DNA of 64,000 nucleotides from contig OZ024746.1 of assembly GCA_964016885.1 (NCBI GenBank), positions 66,030,001-66,094,000 of the forward strand. Reading direction: 5' to 3'. The stretch's first letter is position 1. Each line of letters opens with the position of its first letter. A program made the position numbers and the translations under genes. The notes below the pieces were generated by a model. It was not told the DNA's origin, ran no database searches, and saw only the letters and a list, made by a program, of their open reading frames with translations. The stretch comes from Eledone cirrhosa (lineage: Eukaryota). Below, piece by piece: positions 13,952 through 29,596 of this stretch.

Positions 13952-14224
13952 TGTTGTGTGAGAATACGACGCTCCCCTGGCAAGAATGGACTGGACCACT
14001 ACATATAAATAGTAGCGGCCTGAATAAGTGGGCAAGTTGGTACTAGTTCTACAGTTCGTGTGCTAATAGTTAAAGTTGGAGTTCAAGTTCACAGTTCGAG
14101 TTAACGTGTTGGATTGTTATTTCTTAAAAGATTGCTGTACCGTTACGTGTGTTAGTGGCGTTTTTTTCGATTATATTGTTATTACACTGTTGCAGTGTAT
14201 TCGTGTATCCATAAGGACATAACA
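13952..14224 (+). mobile_element. Solo LTR
   Basis: TGTT...AACA termini, a perfect 5-bp TSD TATTC (13947-13951 and 14225-14229), and an internal TATAAATA. Confidence 0.8.
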
Positions 14225-15659
14225 TATTCCAACTGAACCAGTCATGTTCAATAATGCTTTTATGTTCACGTTATTGAAACTATTTTTATAAAGACAATGC
14301 TGATAAGTTTCAATTGACTATATGTCCTCAAAGGACTCACATACTAGAGTTATATACGCTATTATGTCCTCCGCCGCTGGGACCAGTCCAACAAGATGGA
14401 GACGACATTGCTGCGGCGAAGGGCGAACAAGACGCACTGGAACTGCTATTCCACATCGCGCGCCTCGGACATGCGTGCAGCCAACAACACCATATCAAGA
14501 TCAGTGAGCAGGGATATGGTCCCGGTGCCAAGAATTTTGGAAGTCTCCATTGTTACAGACTTAACCACGAACCTTATAGACCAGATTGCTTTTTCTGTGT
14601 TAATATTCATTTAAGATTGTTTAACGTTTTTTATCTTTGTTGTTATTTTTAATTTTTTAATTTTTAAATGAATTTTATCGTGTTTTTACTTCTGAGATTT
14701 CGGCCCCATGGTCTTAGTTTAAATATCTATAACTCTGCACTCGGAATCACGAAGTATTTTGAGGTAATATTTTTGTCTTAATTAATTTACTTTGCAACAC
14801 AAATGACCATAATAATAGTCGTTCACTGTACATAAAAGCAGACAAAATAGTGAAAGTACTCATGAAGACAGAAACCGCTGTACAGTTGTATTTACAGGAT
14901 AATGAGCCCTACATCACTCGGAATGATGGTCTAGTACGTTAAAAGCCCCACTATAAAGCGCTAAGGTTTCCATTTGTTTGACACCTTCTTAAAAGACGAT
15001 CATGTTAGCCAGCGGCACTTTAATAAACATACGTAAATATCATTATTGTTGTTTTATGCTACCAAACTAGCTGTGGGAAAATGCTATTTCAGCATTTCAG
15101 GATGTTTATCCAAATCTACTCAGTTTTATGACTTATATAGATGTTGTGTTTACGAAATATCTACAGGAAATACTGATTTATATATCATACTGGCTTGCCG
15201 AGTTGGCAGTAATTAGCAGTAGGACTAACATATTATGTATCATAATGGAGGCCTAGATTATATATAATAAATATACATAAATCTCGCTATAGGTGTTTTA
15301 TGTTCTCAATACACCGCTAGCCAATTAGCCGTGTGAGAACACCCCTCCACACACACACATACACACACACACACACACATACACACACACACACACACAC
15401 ATACATACATACATACATACATACATACACACATACATATTTGAAAAAGAGAAAAATGACTTCACTGTTGCTTGGTATGTTTATTAAATCAATGTTTTAT
15501 AAACATACATACTTTCAGAAGTCTAATAACAAAAATAATACTCAATATAAAATTGAATTATTAAAACACACCAACAAATATTGAAGTCATTATTCGCTTT
15601 TTGTCAAATGTACTTTGCTGCGCGCGACCAATATTTTGCAGCTTTTTGTTAATTTTATT

Positions 15660-15746
15660 TCATACTACAAATGTTTCTATATCGATCAGCTCGGTTTGAT
15701 CATGTAGTGGGATACCAACTCTTAACCGACTCTTCTTCAGATATAA
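15660..15746 (-). ncRNA. Type I hammerhead candidate with long stem II (orphan PLE end)
   Basis: ttatat-CTGAAGA-(tcggtta...tgatcga)-GAAA-CATTTG-TA-gtatga, adjacent to a (TA)n tract. Confidence 0.6.
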
Positions 15747-15755
15747 GAGTTCACA

Positions 15756-16567
<812 letters not shown>

Positions 16568-17159
16568 CCACACAACCATCCTTACTTCCAACATAGAACC
16601 CAACATACACAACTACCACACATGTCACACAGGGCCTCACAACCACACACCAGCTATAAGGAAACCCTAATCTACCTTCCCCCACTAACCACACCCTACT
16701 ACAACAACACCAGCAGGGGACAATTCAACCACACGAGACACCCTAACCACTACAACCACCACAGCTACAATCATATAACAGCAACAACAGGACTCAGTAT
16801 GAACACACAAGACAACCCTACTACAACTACGACCAAGTCTACACACCCTACAACAACAGCAGTGCTCAACACAACCACACGATAGAGCCCAACTTCAACA
16901 ACCACCACAACTTCACACCCTATAACAACGTCCATCAAATCTACACGCTCTATAACAACAGCAGCAGGGCTCAATACAACCACACGATACAACCTAAACT
17001 CAACAACCACCACAGCCACACACCATCTTACAACAACAGCAGGAGCCAATACAACTATAAGAGACATCCAAACTTCAACAACCATCACAACTTCCGTAAT
17101 CATTTTTTAGACACACCACACAGACACAGGATTACATAACACAAAACACAGAGACAAAA

Positions 17160-19097
17160 AATGCAATAAAAATTGTCAATTTAACCTCTAAAGAATTAAC
17201 AACAAACCAAATCAACCTACTCTCCAAAGGTCTAAAGGTCTAAACTACCCCGAAAGGACGGAAGATATTGCAGAATTCTGTCGAAAACTAAGAAACAGCG
17301 AGCAACTATACGACAAATACAATGAGGATGACTCAATAGCCAGAAATAGAAGCAACTACACCCAACCAAATGGCAAGAATAAACTCCTCGATCAATTCTG
17401 CGAACACATTATTACCCATACCACAACCTACACAGACATAAACAAAAGCCAAACCTAAGCAAAAAGAATGTAATGGTCTTAACAGTCTATAAAACGACAA
17501 AACCCTAACAATCAAAGAGGCAGATAAAGGGAGTGCAGTAGTCCTTATGGAGACGGATTATTACATAACTCTAGTACTCTCAACTCTAGAAAACCAAACA
17601 TATTATGAAAACACCCACACTACACACAACAGAAAATAATGAGAAACCTACAATCCCTAACAACCCTTTACAAAGAAGTCCTTACAGACAAGGAATACAA
17701 CTACATCACCAATTTCAAAAGCAGAACCAGCCTCTTATACGGTATCCCAAGACATACAAAAGCGAAGTAATAGGCAGGGCCTGCAAGCAAGTCACACACG
17801 TTTACATCAATATAGCCCCTCTGGTGACCTTAAATTAAGACCCATAATAGCAGGCACCACATGTGAAATCCACCGCCTCAGCAACTTCCTAGATATTCTG
17901 CTGAAACCTTTCCTAAAACATAAAAAGCTTCATAAGGGACGACGTTGACATGCTCAACAACCTCCCAACAACACTCAATAACGAACATACCCTACTAATA
18001 ACCTTTGATGTCATCAATTTATATTCCAATATCCCACACAACCTAGGTATAGAGGCAATGGATGGAACATTTCCCTAGTGAACTTCCACAGCGCATCCCT
18101 AAAGAATTTGTGTTGGAGGGACTCAAGTTCATCTTGGAAAACAATTTCTTCGAATTCAATGCCAAATACTACAGACAGAAATCTGGGACTGCCATGGGCA
18201 CGAAGGTGGCCGCCTCATACGCCAACCTTGTCATGGGATATTTGGAAACCATTCTCTACCGCAAAGTTCTAGACAAATACGGCAACCACTTCTACCAACA
18301 CATAGAAAAGAACTGGAAGAGATATCTGGACGACTGCTTCATCCTCTGGCATGAAAGTATAGAAAAACTGATTGAGTTCAAAACCCTTCTGAATGGACTC
18401 AATACTAACTTACAATTCACAATGGATTACAGCCATGAACAACTCCCTATCCTCAACATCCTCACCAAGAAAACAAGCAGCAAAATAGAAACAGACATAT
18501 ACTACAAACCCACAGACTCCAAACAATACCTTCCATTCAACTCTTGCCACCCTAGACACACCAAAATGGCAATTCCTTATAACCTAGCCAGAAGGATCTG
18601 CACAATAATTTCAGATAAATATACATGCTACACACGACTAGAGGAATTAAAAGACACACTTATCAGCAGAAACTACCCACTATCCCTAATCACCAATGGA
18701 TTCCAACGTGCCCTAAAACTAGACATCCAGGAACTCAGACACACCAAACCCAGGAATGAACCGCAAATAAACTCTACCATACATCTCCACACACAACCCC
18801 CTCAACAATGAGGCATTAGACACCATCCTCCAGAACATTCCTTTATTAAAAAGAGCCCCAAGAATGAACAATATCCTCCAAATACACAACATCATAAAGA
18901 GCAAAAGACAACCCAAATCCATGAAACATAGTGAACATATCGCCAATTGTGCTCTCAACCAACATCAAAAATTTAAAATGTTCCCCATTTACAAATTCAT
19001 AGACAACGCTACTATCATTCAACGTACCAATAAGGAAACACATTTCATTAATAGATTTAAATCACTACTCAATGCTGTAAAAATCGCACCAATCTAA
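17160..19097 (+). pseudogene. PLE reverse transcriptase/endonuclease ORF remnant
   Basis: A 249-aa RT core at 18062-18811 plus frameshifted flanking pieces. Confidence 0.85.
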
Positions 19098-19451
19098 AAC
19101 TGCAACAAACCATCAAACATTTACAAGAGTTACCTCTCTCACACCCTACCTAATCCTTTTTCTTAAATAAATTAAATATCACCCAGCAAGAATTGCTTCC
19201 CCTGCATATTAACTCTCTAAAAAGGGAAATCATATCAAACCTCAGTCCACCATTTGCCTCCATCACGGAACCATGGTTCAACTAAGCACTCTTGCTATAT
19301 TAACACATTTTGTTCTGCTTAACTTCAATGACTGTGCTTGTAAATAACATTATTTTTTCTTCCTCATTGACTTTTTACGTTCCACATTATGCACGTTTTT
19401 TTTTTCCTTTTTCTTTTTTCTTTTCACTTCTTAAACCTTGTTTGTAAATAA

Positions 19452-19632
19452 CTGTTTCTACTTTAGGCACAAGGCCAGCAATTACCCAGTGCATTACTGG
19501 TACTTTATTTTATCGACCCCGTAAGGATGAAAGGCAAAGTCAACCTCGGCGGGATTTGAACTCAGATCGTAAAGGGACGTAACTATGCTGGAAAGCATGG
19601 TGTCTGACCCTTACCGATACTGCCAATCCACC
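19452..19632 (-). mobile_element. SINE, same family
   Basis: Family match; TSD ccttgtttgtaaataac. Confidence 0.9.
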
Positions 19633-19703
19633 TTGTTTGTAAATAACATTATTCTTTCTGCACCTTCTGTTTAACATGTGCGATACCACACTAATACATT
19701 TCA

Positions 19704-19745
19704 CTATCGTTTGATAATGCATATAAATGCTGAAACCGGTAATAG
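19704..19745 (+). ncRNA. Minimal hammerhead, U3-A8 variant
   Basis: ctat..TTGATAA-t-gcat-ataa-atgc-t-GAAA-CCGG-TA-atag, in the PLE 3' UTR. Confidence 0.65.
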
Positions 19746-20400
19746 AAAATAATTAAATATACAAATAGATAAATAAATGCCATTGTTAAATAATAAATAA
19801 ATCAACTAATACCTTTAAATCTATTAATGAAATGTGATTTAAATCTATTAATGAAATGTGTTTCCTTATTGGTACGTTGGATGAAAGTAGCGTTGTCTAT
19901 GAATTTGTAAATGGGGAACATTTTAAAGTTTTTGATGTAGGTTGAGAGCACAATTGGCGATATGTTCACTAAATGCAATCTTTCTGTATTCCTGTATTTT
20001 AATTTTTGATTTATGGACGGTCATATGTTGACAGAGGCTGTTTTATGTCTGTCCTCTGTAGTGCTATTGAGAACCTGAGCAGGTCAAAACATAGATAAGG
20101 TTTTCAGATGCACGTGTAAATTTGTGTTTAACTGTGAAGCGTTGTCCTTGTTTAAGATGGAATGTTGAACCTGCTATTAGATTAATGCATATGCCACATT
20201 TGGGCCTTCCGCATTTTGTTACTGTAGGGTTCATTGTGAGGGTTTGTCGGATTTTGGCTTGTGTGAGGATGTGTTTCATGGATTTGGGTTGTCTTTTGCT
20301 CTTTATGATGTTGTGTATTTGGAGGATATTGTTCATTCTTGGGGCTCTTTTTAATAAATGAATGTTCTGGAGGATGGTGTCGAATGCCTCATTGTTGAGA

Positions 20401-21514
<1,114 letters not shown>

Positions 21515-22084
21515 GTTGTAAGACAAGTCAGATCCGATGACCATATCTTGCTCGTGCAGAACTGATTTGGGGTTGGTTTCTGTAGCTGGATACCTTTCCG
21601 AACGCAAACACTGTGTGTCTGAAGGTCATGATAACCATGCCTGTTCGCAGACACATACACAAACACACCCTAATGCGATGTATAGATAAATATACTTCTA
21701 CCCCCTCTCCACGTTTGTTTTCTCTCAAGCTGCCTAGGCAAATACACTTGGATGCGCATATAGATGCAGAAATACATTTAAACACTCAGTAACACAGATG
21801 TTCATACTTCAAACACATACAACCCCTCTCTCATAATAAATAAACACTTATGTGAAGAGATTTTACAGTTGCATAAACAATGTATGCCCTTATTTAGGAA
21901 AACAATCCCTCCTGGTGATGCAGGCAGTTAACCGCTAATGCCTTTGACAATCAGTCTGGAACTGGGTGTTGAAACAGCGAGAACCCAGTCGTCGAGGTCT
22001 TGAATCTTTTTAATATAACCATACTCTACTACCCCAAGTATCGAGTACTTTGTTGACTAATCGTCTAACAATTTTCAAACTGTT

Positions 22085-22112
<28 letters not shown>

Positions 22113-22115
<3 letters not shown>

Positions 22116-23303
22116 TTCTTTATTGTCGGCCACAAGGGCTGACATCAAGAAAAACATTACAGACGGTACAGGACGGTACGATGTGGGTTTTGTGCGTGTA
22201 AAGATTTTTATTATTTATATAAGAAACGAAAAAGGAAAAAAGACATAGAAACATATAAATATAAACAATAAAAATGAAAATTCAAACAATGAAAAATTCC
22301 CAAATAGGGGGGGGGGGAACTTTCGAGGGTTAATGGTGGCGAAAACCACACAAAAGACCACGTCCACCCTGATGACCAGGGCAAGCGCCCTCTCTCAATT
22401 TTTCCATTCCTCAAACTACAAGCGTATATTCAGAGCGGTCCCGTTCACTCAAACCATTCTCGCTACATTCACCCACCTTTCAACAAACTTGCTAGAATAC
22501 AGCACTTGCCTCTCCACTCTGATTTTCCTCTTCAAGTGAAACTTGAAAAAAGTTAAACAGAGATTCGCCGAAGAGGAAAATGTCTGTCTTTAACCCTTCC
22601 AAACTTGTCCACCACACAATCTCTTTCGCCATGGCCACCAGGCAGATGAAAACTGCCTGCCCTTCCCCCTCGAAGGAAGACGGCGAGACCATCTGTACAA
22701 TGGTCTCAGTCGATAACCGGATCGGTCCTACACGCGACACAACTGTTTGACAGAGCTCCACAAGTCAGCAATGCCCGGGCACTGAACGAGTGCGTGCACG
22801 ACGTTTTCGTCGCTCTGCGCGCATCTCGGACAGGCTCGGCTGACGGCACTTCCGTGCCTGTAGAGCTTATCTCGAACCGGCAACGCTCCCCGGTAGTACT
22901 GCCAGGCCAGGGATTTCTGGAAGTTATCCATAGGCCCTGGGCTGAAAGTTCTCCGGAAGAGAGCAAACAGCTGATTTTCTTCGACGCCCAGGATCTATCC
23001 GAGAACGTCGTCGCACTTCCCCTCCACTAGTCCTCTATAGAACGCCGAGGTGGATGTCCCACCGATACTGGTGCCCAGCTAGCAGAGGGCAGTGAGCGCC
23101 TGGAGACATTCCAGATTCCAAGCGCTATCCGTCGGTCTTTTCCTGACCCAGGACTGCAGTCCCATCAAGGAGACGAACTGTGGGAAAACGTGCCTAGCGA
23201 ACGGCGACCACACCTGTTCAACATCAAGGAAACACCAGAGATGTCGCAACCTTAACGCCTGTTTGCACATCATCAGCAATGGCAAGCCCAGTCCTCCACG
23301 CAT
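22113..23303 (-). mobile_element. 5'-truncated L1/Tx1-type LINE (3' end of ORF2 and 3' UTR)
   Basis: GGLGLP, LAWQYYRGALPVRDKL, CPRCAQSDENVVHALVQC. Homologous to 55740-56880 and flanked by (AAT)n. Confidence 0.88.
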
Positions 23304-23306
23304 AAT

Positions 23307-23491
23307 AATTGTTTCTAATTTTGGCACAAGGCCAGCAATAACCAAGTGTATTACTGGTACTTTATTTTATCGACCCCATGATGATGAAAGGCATAGTTAA
23401 CCTCGGCGGGATTTTAACTCAGAATGGCAAGGGCCGTAACCCTATGCGCCAAAGCATGGCGTCCGACCCTCAACTGATACTGCAAATCCAC
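23307..23491 (-). mobile_element. SINE, same family
   Basis: Family match; TSD about tccacgcataataat. Confidence 0.88.
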
Positions 23492-23493
23492 GC

Positions 23494-23532
<39 letters not shown>

Positions 23533-23614
23533 TATAGTCTAATTGGTAAAATCGTTAGAACCTCAGAATGCAGATTTAATATCTTTCAACCCACACTGCC
23601 TTTGGATTGGCAAT

Positions 23615-23808
23615 AAGGGCGGTGGTTTGGCAGTATCGGTAGAGGATCGGACGCCATGCTTTGCAGCATAGAGGTATGTCTTTTTTCGATCTTGTTTCAA
23701 ATCCCAACGAGGTTAACTTTGCCTTTCATACTTACCGGGCCGATAAAATAAAGTAGCAGTAATACACTGGGATAATTGCTGGCCTCGTGCCAAAAGTAGA
23801 ATCAATTA
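23615..23808 (+). mobile_element. SINE, same family
   Basis: Family match, more diverged. Confidence 0.85.
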
Positions 23809-24214
23809 TAATCCTACATCACATCACAGTGACAACGATAGCAACATTATCATGAGTTTTGACAGGAAGATGGTTATTAGCAATAGATAGATGAACGGAA
23901 TTTTTTGAGGTAAGAAATCAGTTCTTATAAAAAGAAAAAAAAAAATAATAATAATATTCGTCAGATGATTTTGTCCTTTCATGTTGTTACGCATATATTT
24001 CTATACATAGTGGTTGGGTGTATGTCTCTTAAATCTTTTTTTAAATTATGGTTCATAAATATTCAACTATTCCCTCAAAAACTCTGATGGTTTCTATCAT
24101 TTATTGCGACGAAATATTTCAGTGGATATGATTCACACAAAATCTAATGTATTCTCGAGAAATATTTCGTAACCTAATCTATTTAACTGAAATATAATTT
24201 GACGGACACACATA

Positions 24215-24316
<102 letters not shown>

Positions 24317-24555
24317 AAGCCGATTGTGCATTGTTGCATAATATATGCAGACAGAAGGTGCAGTGCACCTTACTGCTGCATTAGTGCGGCAGAAACTCGA
24401 GTCCGGGAACCTTATAGGCACCCGTTTTACGTGTGTTGTGTTGAAGCAAATATCTTTGTGTATACTCTGGGAATGTATCTTACATTGCCCATGGAGTGCG
24501 CTCAGATACAACGGGTACTGGCATTGATAAATATGCTGGGTCTGTTAACCCTTAT

Positions 24556-24587
<32 letters not shown>

Positions 24588-25114
24588 CCTTCATTAGTGA
24601 TTTTCTAACTTTCATTGGTATTTCATCGCTTTAAAAATCATATACCTCTAGTTGGTGCGAGCAATAGCTAAATACAGCTATTGGGACAAATAATATAGCG
24701 TAAAGCGAACGAGACAAGTAAACAAACATATAAGGTATAGCAACGGAAAGATAGGAAGAAACAAGCACATGATATCTATTCAGCTTCAGCTGAGTGAATT
24801 TCATGGGCGAGAGAGATATACAGACCATCCGACATTTGTGAGGTGTGAGTGAGAAAGGACCCCACACAGGCCAAACGGGAGGAAATGAGAGGGGGAGAAG
24901 CAGAGAGTGAGTGAGTAGAAGTGCGAGGAAGAGGCCAGTCGAGAGAAAGTGTGACTGACAGAGGGGCGAAAGAAGGTGAGAAATACAGAGAGAGGATAAA
25001 CATATATATATATATAAATATATATATATATGTTTATCCTTGGTTCAATCGTGGGTAAACACAGTAAGTAAGGTACTCAATACATAGCAGAGTATAAATA
25101 TTTAATAAAGTAAA

Positions 25115-25166
25115 GGCTTCTACATTACTATAACTGTTTCATTCTGGAGAAATCATCAGGAAAGCC
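25115..25166 (-). ncRNA. Type I hammerhead ribozyme
   Basis: ggctttc-CTGATGA-tttctccagaat-GAAAC...GTA-gaagcc. Confidence 0.8.
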
Positions 25167-25494
25167 GACTGTCAGTGTAATATGGTTGAATTTATACATT
25201 TTCTGGTGGTAGGAGAGGGTGGTGATTGGGATGAGAGGATGTCATTGGTTGATGGCTTTAAAGAAAGGGGATTATTTTAAAAAACTATATTTAGAGAAAA
25301 TACATATGAGTGTGTGTATGTGTGTGTGTGTGTGTGGTTGTGTGTGTGTGATTGCCTGTGTATTTTCTCTAAATATAGTTTTTAAATAATCCCCTTTCTT
25401 TAAATCCGTCAACCAATGACCCCCACCAATCCCAATCACCACTCTCTGCTACCATCAGAAAATGTATAAATACCACCATATTACCTTGACAGTC

Positions 25495-25546
25495 GTCTCT
25501 CTTGATGATTTCTCCCGAATGAAACAGTTCTAGTCCTGTAGATGCC
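25495..25546 (+). ncRNA. Type I hammerhead ribozyme (decayed)
   Basis: TTGATGA-tttctcccgaat-GAAACAG-ttctagtc-CTGTA-gatgcc. Confidence 0.75.
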
Positions 25547-25547
25547 T

Positions 25548-25600
<53 letters not shown>

Positions 25601-25761
25601 TATATATATATATGTATATATATATTAGAAAGTGAGGGTTTTCTTACAAAATGAAAAATAACCGAGGTGTCCTACACGAGTGAAAGTATAAAGAAAAAAG
25701 ATGAAATCGAAAATGCAACTGGAGTCTTATTTTTTTAAAAATATATATAAATATTTGGTTC

Positions 25762-25797
25762 CTTTACCGCTTTCACAGTTCTTCTGCTTTTCAAAAG
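25762..25797 (-). ncRNA. Minimal hammerhead, U3-A8 variant (decayed copy)
   Basis: ctt-TTGAAAA-gcag-aagaa-ctgt-GAAA-GCGG-TA-aag. Confidence 0.6.
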
Positions 25798-27028
25798 TAG
25801 AGTTGAGATGGAGGGTTGTGTTTTTTCTCACATCTGGTTGGTCTCTGAATGTTACTTGTTTTATATGGAAAAAAGTGACTCGAGATGCCAGGTTTTTAGA
25901 GAAGTAATTTATTTGGTTGGTCAATAATTATAATAAATTTCGCGCCAGTTCGCGTTACAAATTCTCTAAACAAGAGGCACAGGTTGTTTTTTCATATATG
26001 AGTGTTTGAATTTCTTTTTACTTAAAAAAAAGGTGGCTCACGAAGGCTTTTTTTTTTAAATAAACGTAATTTGATTGGTTATAAATGAAATTATGGCTGT
26101 CACGTGAACAAGTTTTCATTAAATTTTTCGCGCCCTTATTTGGAAATCTATTCTGTAGCCTTTTTAGAGAATTTTATGACAAGCAAAATATAATGGTCAA
26201 GAGAAATGGGATGGGAGAATTGTTCTGGTTCAGTGAATATGGTTAGTTCGCTGGGGTGTCAGAATTCAGATTTTCTATTAAATTAAAGAAAGTAAAGATA
26301 TGTATGTTTATTTGTGTGCTTGTGCGTGCGTGTTGTGTGTGTGTGTTTGAATTTCTCTTTACTTAAGAAAAAGGGGCTCACGAAGGATTTTTTTTTAATA
26401 AACGTAATTTGATTGGTTATAAATGAAATTATGGCTTTCACATGAACAAGTTTTCATTAAATTTTCGCGCCCTTATTTGGAAATCTATTATGTAGCCTTT
26501 TTAGAGAATTTTATGATATAAACATACATATCTTTACTTTCTTTATTTTAATAGAAAATCTGAATTCTGACACCCCAGCGAACTAACCATATTCACTGAA
26601 CCAGAACAATTCTCCAATCCCATTTCTCTTGACCATTATCTTTTGCTTGTCATAACATTCTCTAAAAAAAGCTACAGAATAGATTTCCAAATAAGGGCGC
26701 GAAAATTTAATGAAAACTTGTTCACGTGACAGCGATAATTTCATTTATAACCAATTAAATTACGTTTATTAAAATAAAGACTTCCTGAGCCCCCCTTTTT
26801 TAAAGTAAAAATAAATTCTTATATGAAAAAACAGCCCGTGCCCCTTCCGCCTTGTTTGAAGAACTTTGTAACGCGAACTGGCGCGAAATTTATTATAATT
26901 TTGACCAACCAATTAAATTACTTCTCTAAAAACCTGGCATTTCGAGCCACTTTTTTCCATATAAAACAAGTAACATTCAGTGACCAACCAGATGTGAGAA
27001 AAACCACAGACCCTCCATCTCGACTCTA

Positions 27029-27064
27029 CTTTTGAAAAGCAGAAGAACTGCGAAACCGGTAAAG
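27029..27064 (+). ncRNA. Minimal hammerhead, U3-A8 variant
   Basis: ctt-TTGAAAA-gcag-aagaa-ctgc-GAAA-CCGG-TA-aag. Confidence 0.72.
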
Positions 27065-27226
27065 GAACCAAATAAATATATATATTTTTAAAAAAATAAG
27101 ACTCCAGTTGCATTTTCGATTTCATCTTTTTTTCTTTATATATATATATACAAGTGGAAGCTTAGTAAAATCGAAGCTTTGGCTGTGGCCAAGCAAAACG
27201 ACCTTATATATATATGTTGTGTGTGC

Positions 27227-27264
<38 letters not shown>

Positions 27265-28079
27265 GTGTGTGTGTGTATATATATGTATGTATGTGTGTGT
27301 GTGTTTGTATGCAAGACGTAAACTGAAAACAACGAAGTAAACAATAGAGTAATTGGAGGATACATATTATTATAAAACTTGATATAGCAGTCGTTGGGCA
27401 GAATATAGAATTCGAACGAAATAGAAAGATAGACGAGAGTGACAGAAGGAAGGAGCAGAAAAATATATTCTGAAGAAAGAGCATATTTGTGTCCAGTCAG
27501 CAATTTTCGGTAAATGCTTTTCCATGGGTAACTTGGACATTTAAGATATTTTGTAAATGAAATAATCTTTGTATATTTTGAGTGGATACATTTGTACGTA
27601 TGTGTGCCTGTGTATATATGGGTGTATGTGTGTGCGTTCATATTGCTTTGTTTGTATGTATGTGAAAAGCTACGAATGTATGTGCATTAGACCAAAACAC
27701 ACCTAGTTACAGTGAGCTTGTAGAGGTGTGAGGTAGCGGGCGAAGGAGCACCAACGAAGGAATGTATACTCATGTATAGGCAATTACGCATCAACATACA
27801 TGCACACACACACGTAGAATCAATCAAATATTAAATGTCTTTTGTACGTAATGTACTTGTTGTAGTCTGAGCGCCTTGGTGGCTATATTCTCTCTGCACT
27901 CTAGTGGTAATCATTCCTGGTGATCTCCATATTTGTTAGCCCAATATATCTGACATTTTCAACGTGTCAAAGATACTTTTTATCTCCTATTCCCCCCATG
28001 TTTTAATCGTTTACTGAAAAGTATTTCATGACAGTGCACATTATAAGTAACTTGTGAAATGATAGAGAACAATATAATA

Positions 28080-28149
<70 letters not shown>

Positions 28150-28794
28150 TCACTACCTCCCTACGGACAAATAACGCTGCACACCAGGGTCCGAAGACAG
28201 AAGAGCCGAAGTCCCACTGTCATCGCATCCATCTCTCTCGCGCTCCCCATCTCCCTTTATCAGGAGCACATAGGGTTCCACGTGCTGGCTACCCCACGAC
28301 GCCGGCGGGTAGAATGGAGAAGGATGTTATTGTAGCAGAGTGGGGCTTTGGCGAATATGATAGTATCACTGCCTCATTTCCTCGCGATAGCAGTAATAAA
28401 AACTACGTAGATCATGGTACGTCTCTATGGCGGTACAGAGCAAACAGCTGAACCATGAAGGCGAAATTTAATCTAAGACACGCACACATATGAAATATCC
28501 CCATCTACATGCACATAACAGCTCTAATTACAGACTCTGGCTCTACACCTTCCACCCACGGTAATACTTGCCTGCCCTCCTCACCCATCTTGATGAAAAC
28601 ATTTTTTCCGCAAACATTTCAATCCCACCTTTTTCGAATGCTTAGTTGATAAATGCTTGTTTTCTCCAATCCAACAACCGTTCGTCTCTTTGTCCTATGT
28701 ATATATATATATATATAAATATACATTTTGACGCTATAGTCACTTATATATTATGAAATACTGTTGGCTTCTTGCTCACAATAATTTCTATACT

Positions 28795-28870
<76 letters not shown>

Positions 28871-29555
28871 CTGTTTTGAGTTTCTAACTCAATATATACC
28901 TCTGATAATATCGGCTCCTTCTTGTCGTGTAAACTCGACTGCTATTTTTAGCAGCGTATGTTTATGAGACTCGCTAGGTTATGATGCCATGTGCGTTATT
29001 TCATATTTGCACACTATTCAGTCATCTGATATACTTAGAAATGGAGGGATTACTAATTTTTACACACACTGAAGAGCACAAAATTGGTAATTTACTTCGT
29101 TAAATAAATTGCGACAGCTACCAAAGCTGTCTGGGTGTTCAGGCAGTTGCCCAATATAGGTTTGTTCTTCTTTTTCTTGATATATTACTTTAAATTGAGT
29201 CTGGCAAATCAAATGGTTATAGTTAGTATTTTTTTCACCCTGGCGAACTGAGATCAGTTTGACAATCACCTTCGACGAATGCGAGAAAGTTCTCCAGGTA
29301 AGTTAACCAGGAATCTTTGAAAATCTTCCCAACGAAGTTAACAAAGGACTAGATCTACCAACTCATAATACTATAATATCATAACATTAAATCAATTTGT
29401 TTAGAACTACAAGCGATATATACATATGTACGTATGTGTTATATCGAACATTGATAATAACGTTCGATAGATTTGTAAACAAATTAGACCGATTAGTAGC
29501 TGTGCTGTGCCGGTGACCGTTCGTCACCTGTTTGATCAACACAGGCTTCGAGGAA

Positions 29556-29596
29556 CAATCAACATGTTTCTGGGTAATTACCCTTCATCAAGGCTG
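29556..29596 (-). ncRNA. Minimal hammerhead remnant
   Basis: cagcc-TTGATGA-a-gggt-aatt-accc-a-GAAA-CATG-TT-gattg. A related copy lies at 61678-61717. Confidence 0.65.

Larger units (their letters stand above)
16568..20400 (+). mobile_element. Decayed Neptune-like Penelope element with internal deletion and inverted endonuclease segment
   Basis: IVNLTS..L...LLSKGLK, ADKGSAVV, GTAMGTKVAASYANL, RYLDDCF, TDIYYKPTD. The endonuclease region KCGRPKCGIC...NLIYVLTC is found in the inverted segment at about 19812-20400. The 5' region is Thr-rich and repetitive. Confidence 0.88.
25031..25550. mobile_element. Head-to-head pair of PLE pseudo-LTR ends (relative of the 39-46 kb element)
   Basis: About 25110-25305 is inverted at about 25357-25550 around a (TG)n. 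It shares the CCAAT, TATA, HHR and tattgagtaccttacttactgtg motifs with the intact element. Confidence 0.85.
25625..27140. mobile_element. Head-to-head PLE 3'-end palindrome, non-coding
   Basis: About 25688-26305 is inverted at about 26515-27140, with an internal direct repeat (26345-26515 of 26005-26180). (TA)n flanks and an HHR in each arm. Confidence 0.8.

Noticed and set aside
16780-17100. CRISPR-like or mucin-like repeats
   Set aside because: Imperfect Thr-rich tandem repeats in the PLE 5' region, with no unique spacers and a eukaryotic context.
24081-24123. act-CTGATGG...GAAATATTTC-agt hammerhead-like string
   Set aside because: A9 is mutated, stem II is poor and there is no element context.
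29223-29303. Possible host exon ending in CAG|GTAAGT
   Set aside because: The acceptor is weak, the peptide is unrecognisable, no partner exons are visible, and one such 9-mer can occur by chance.
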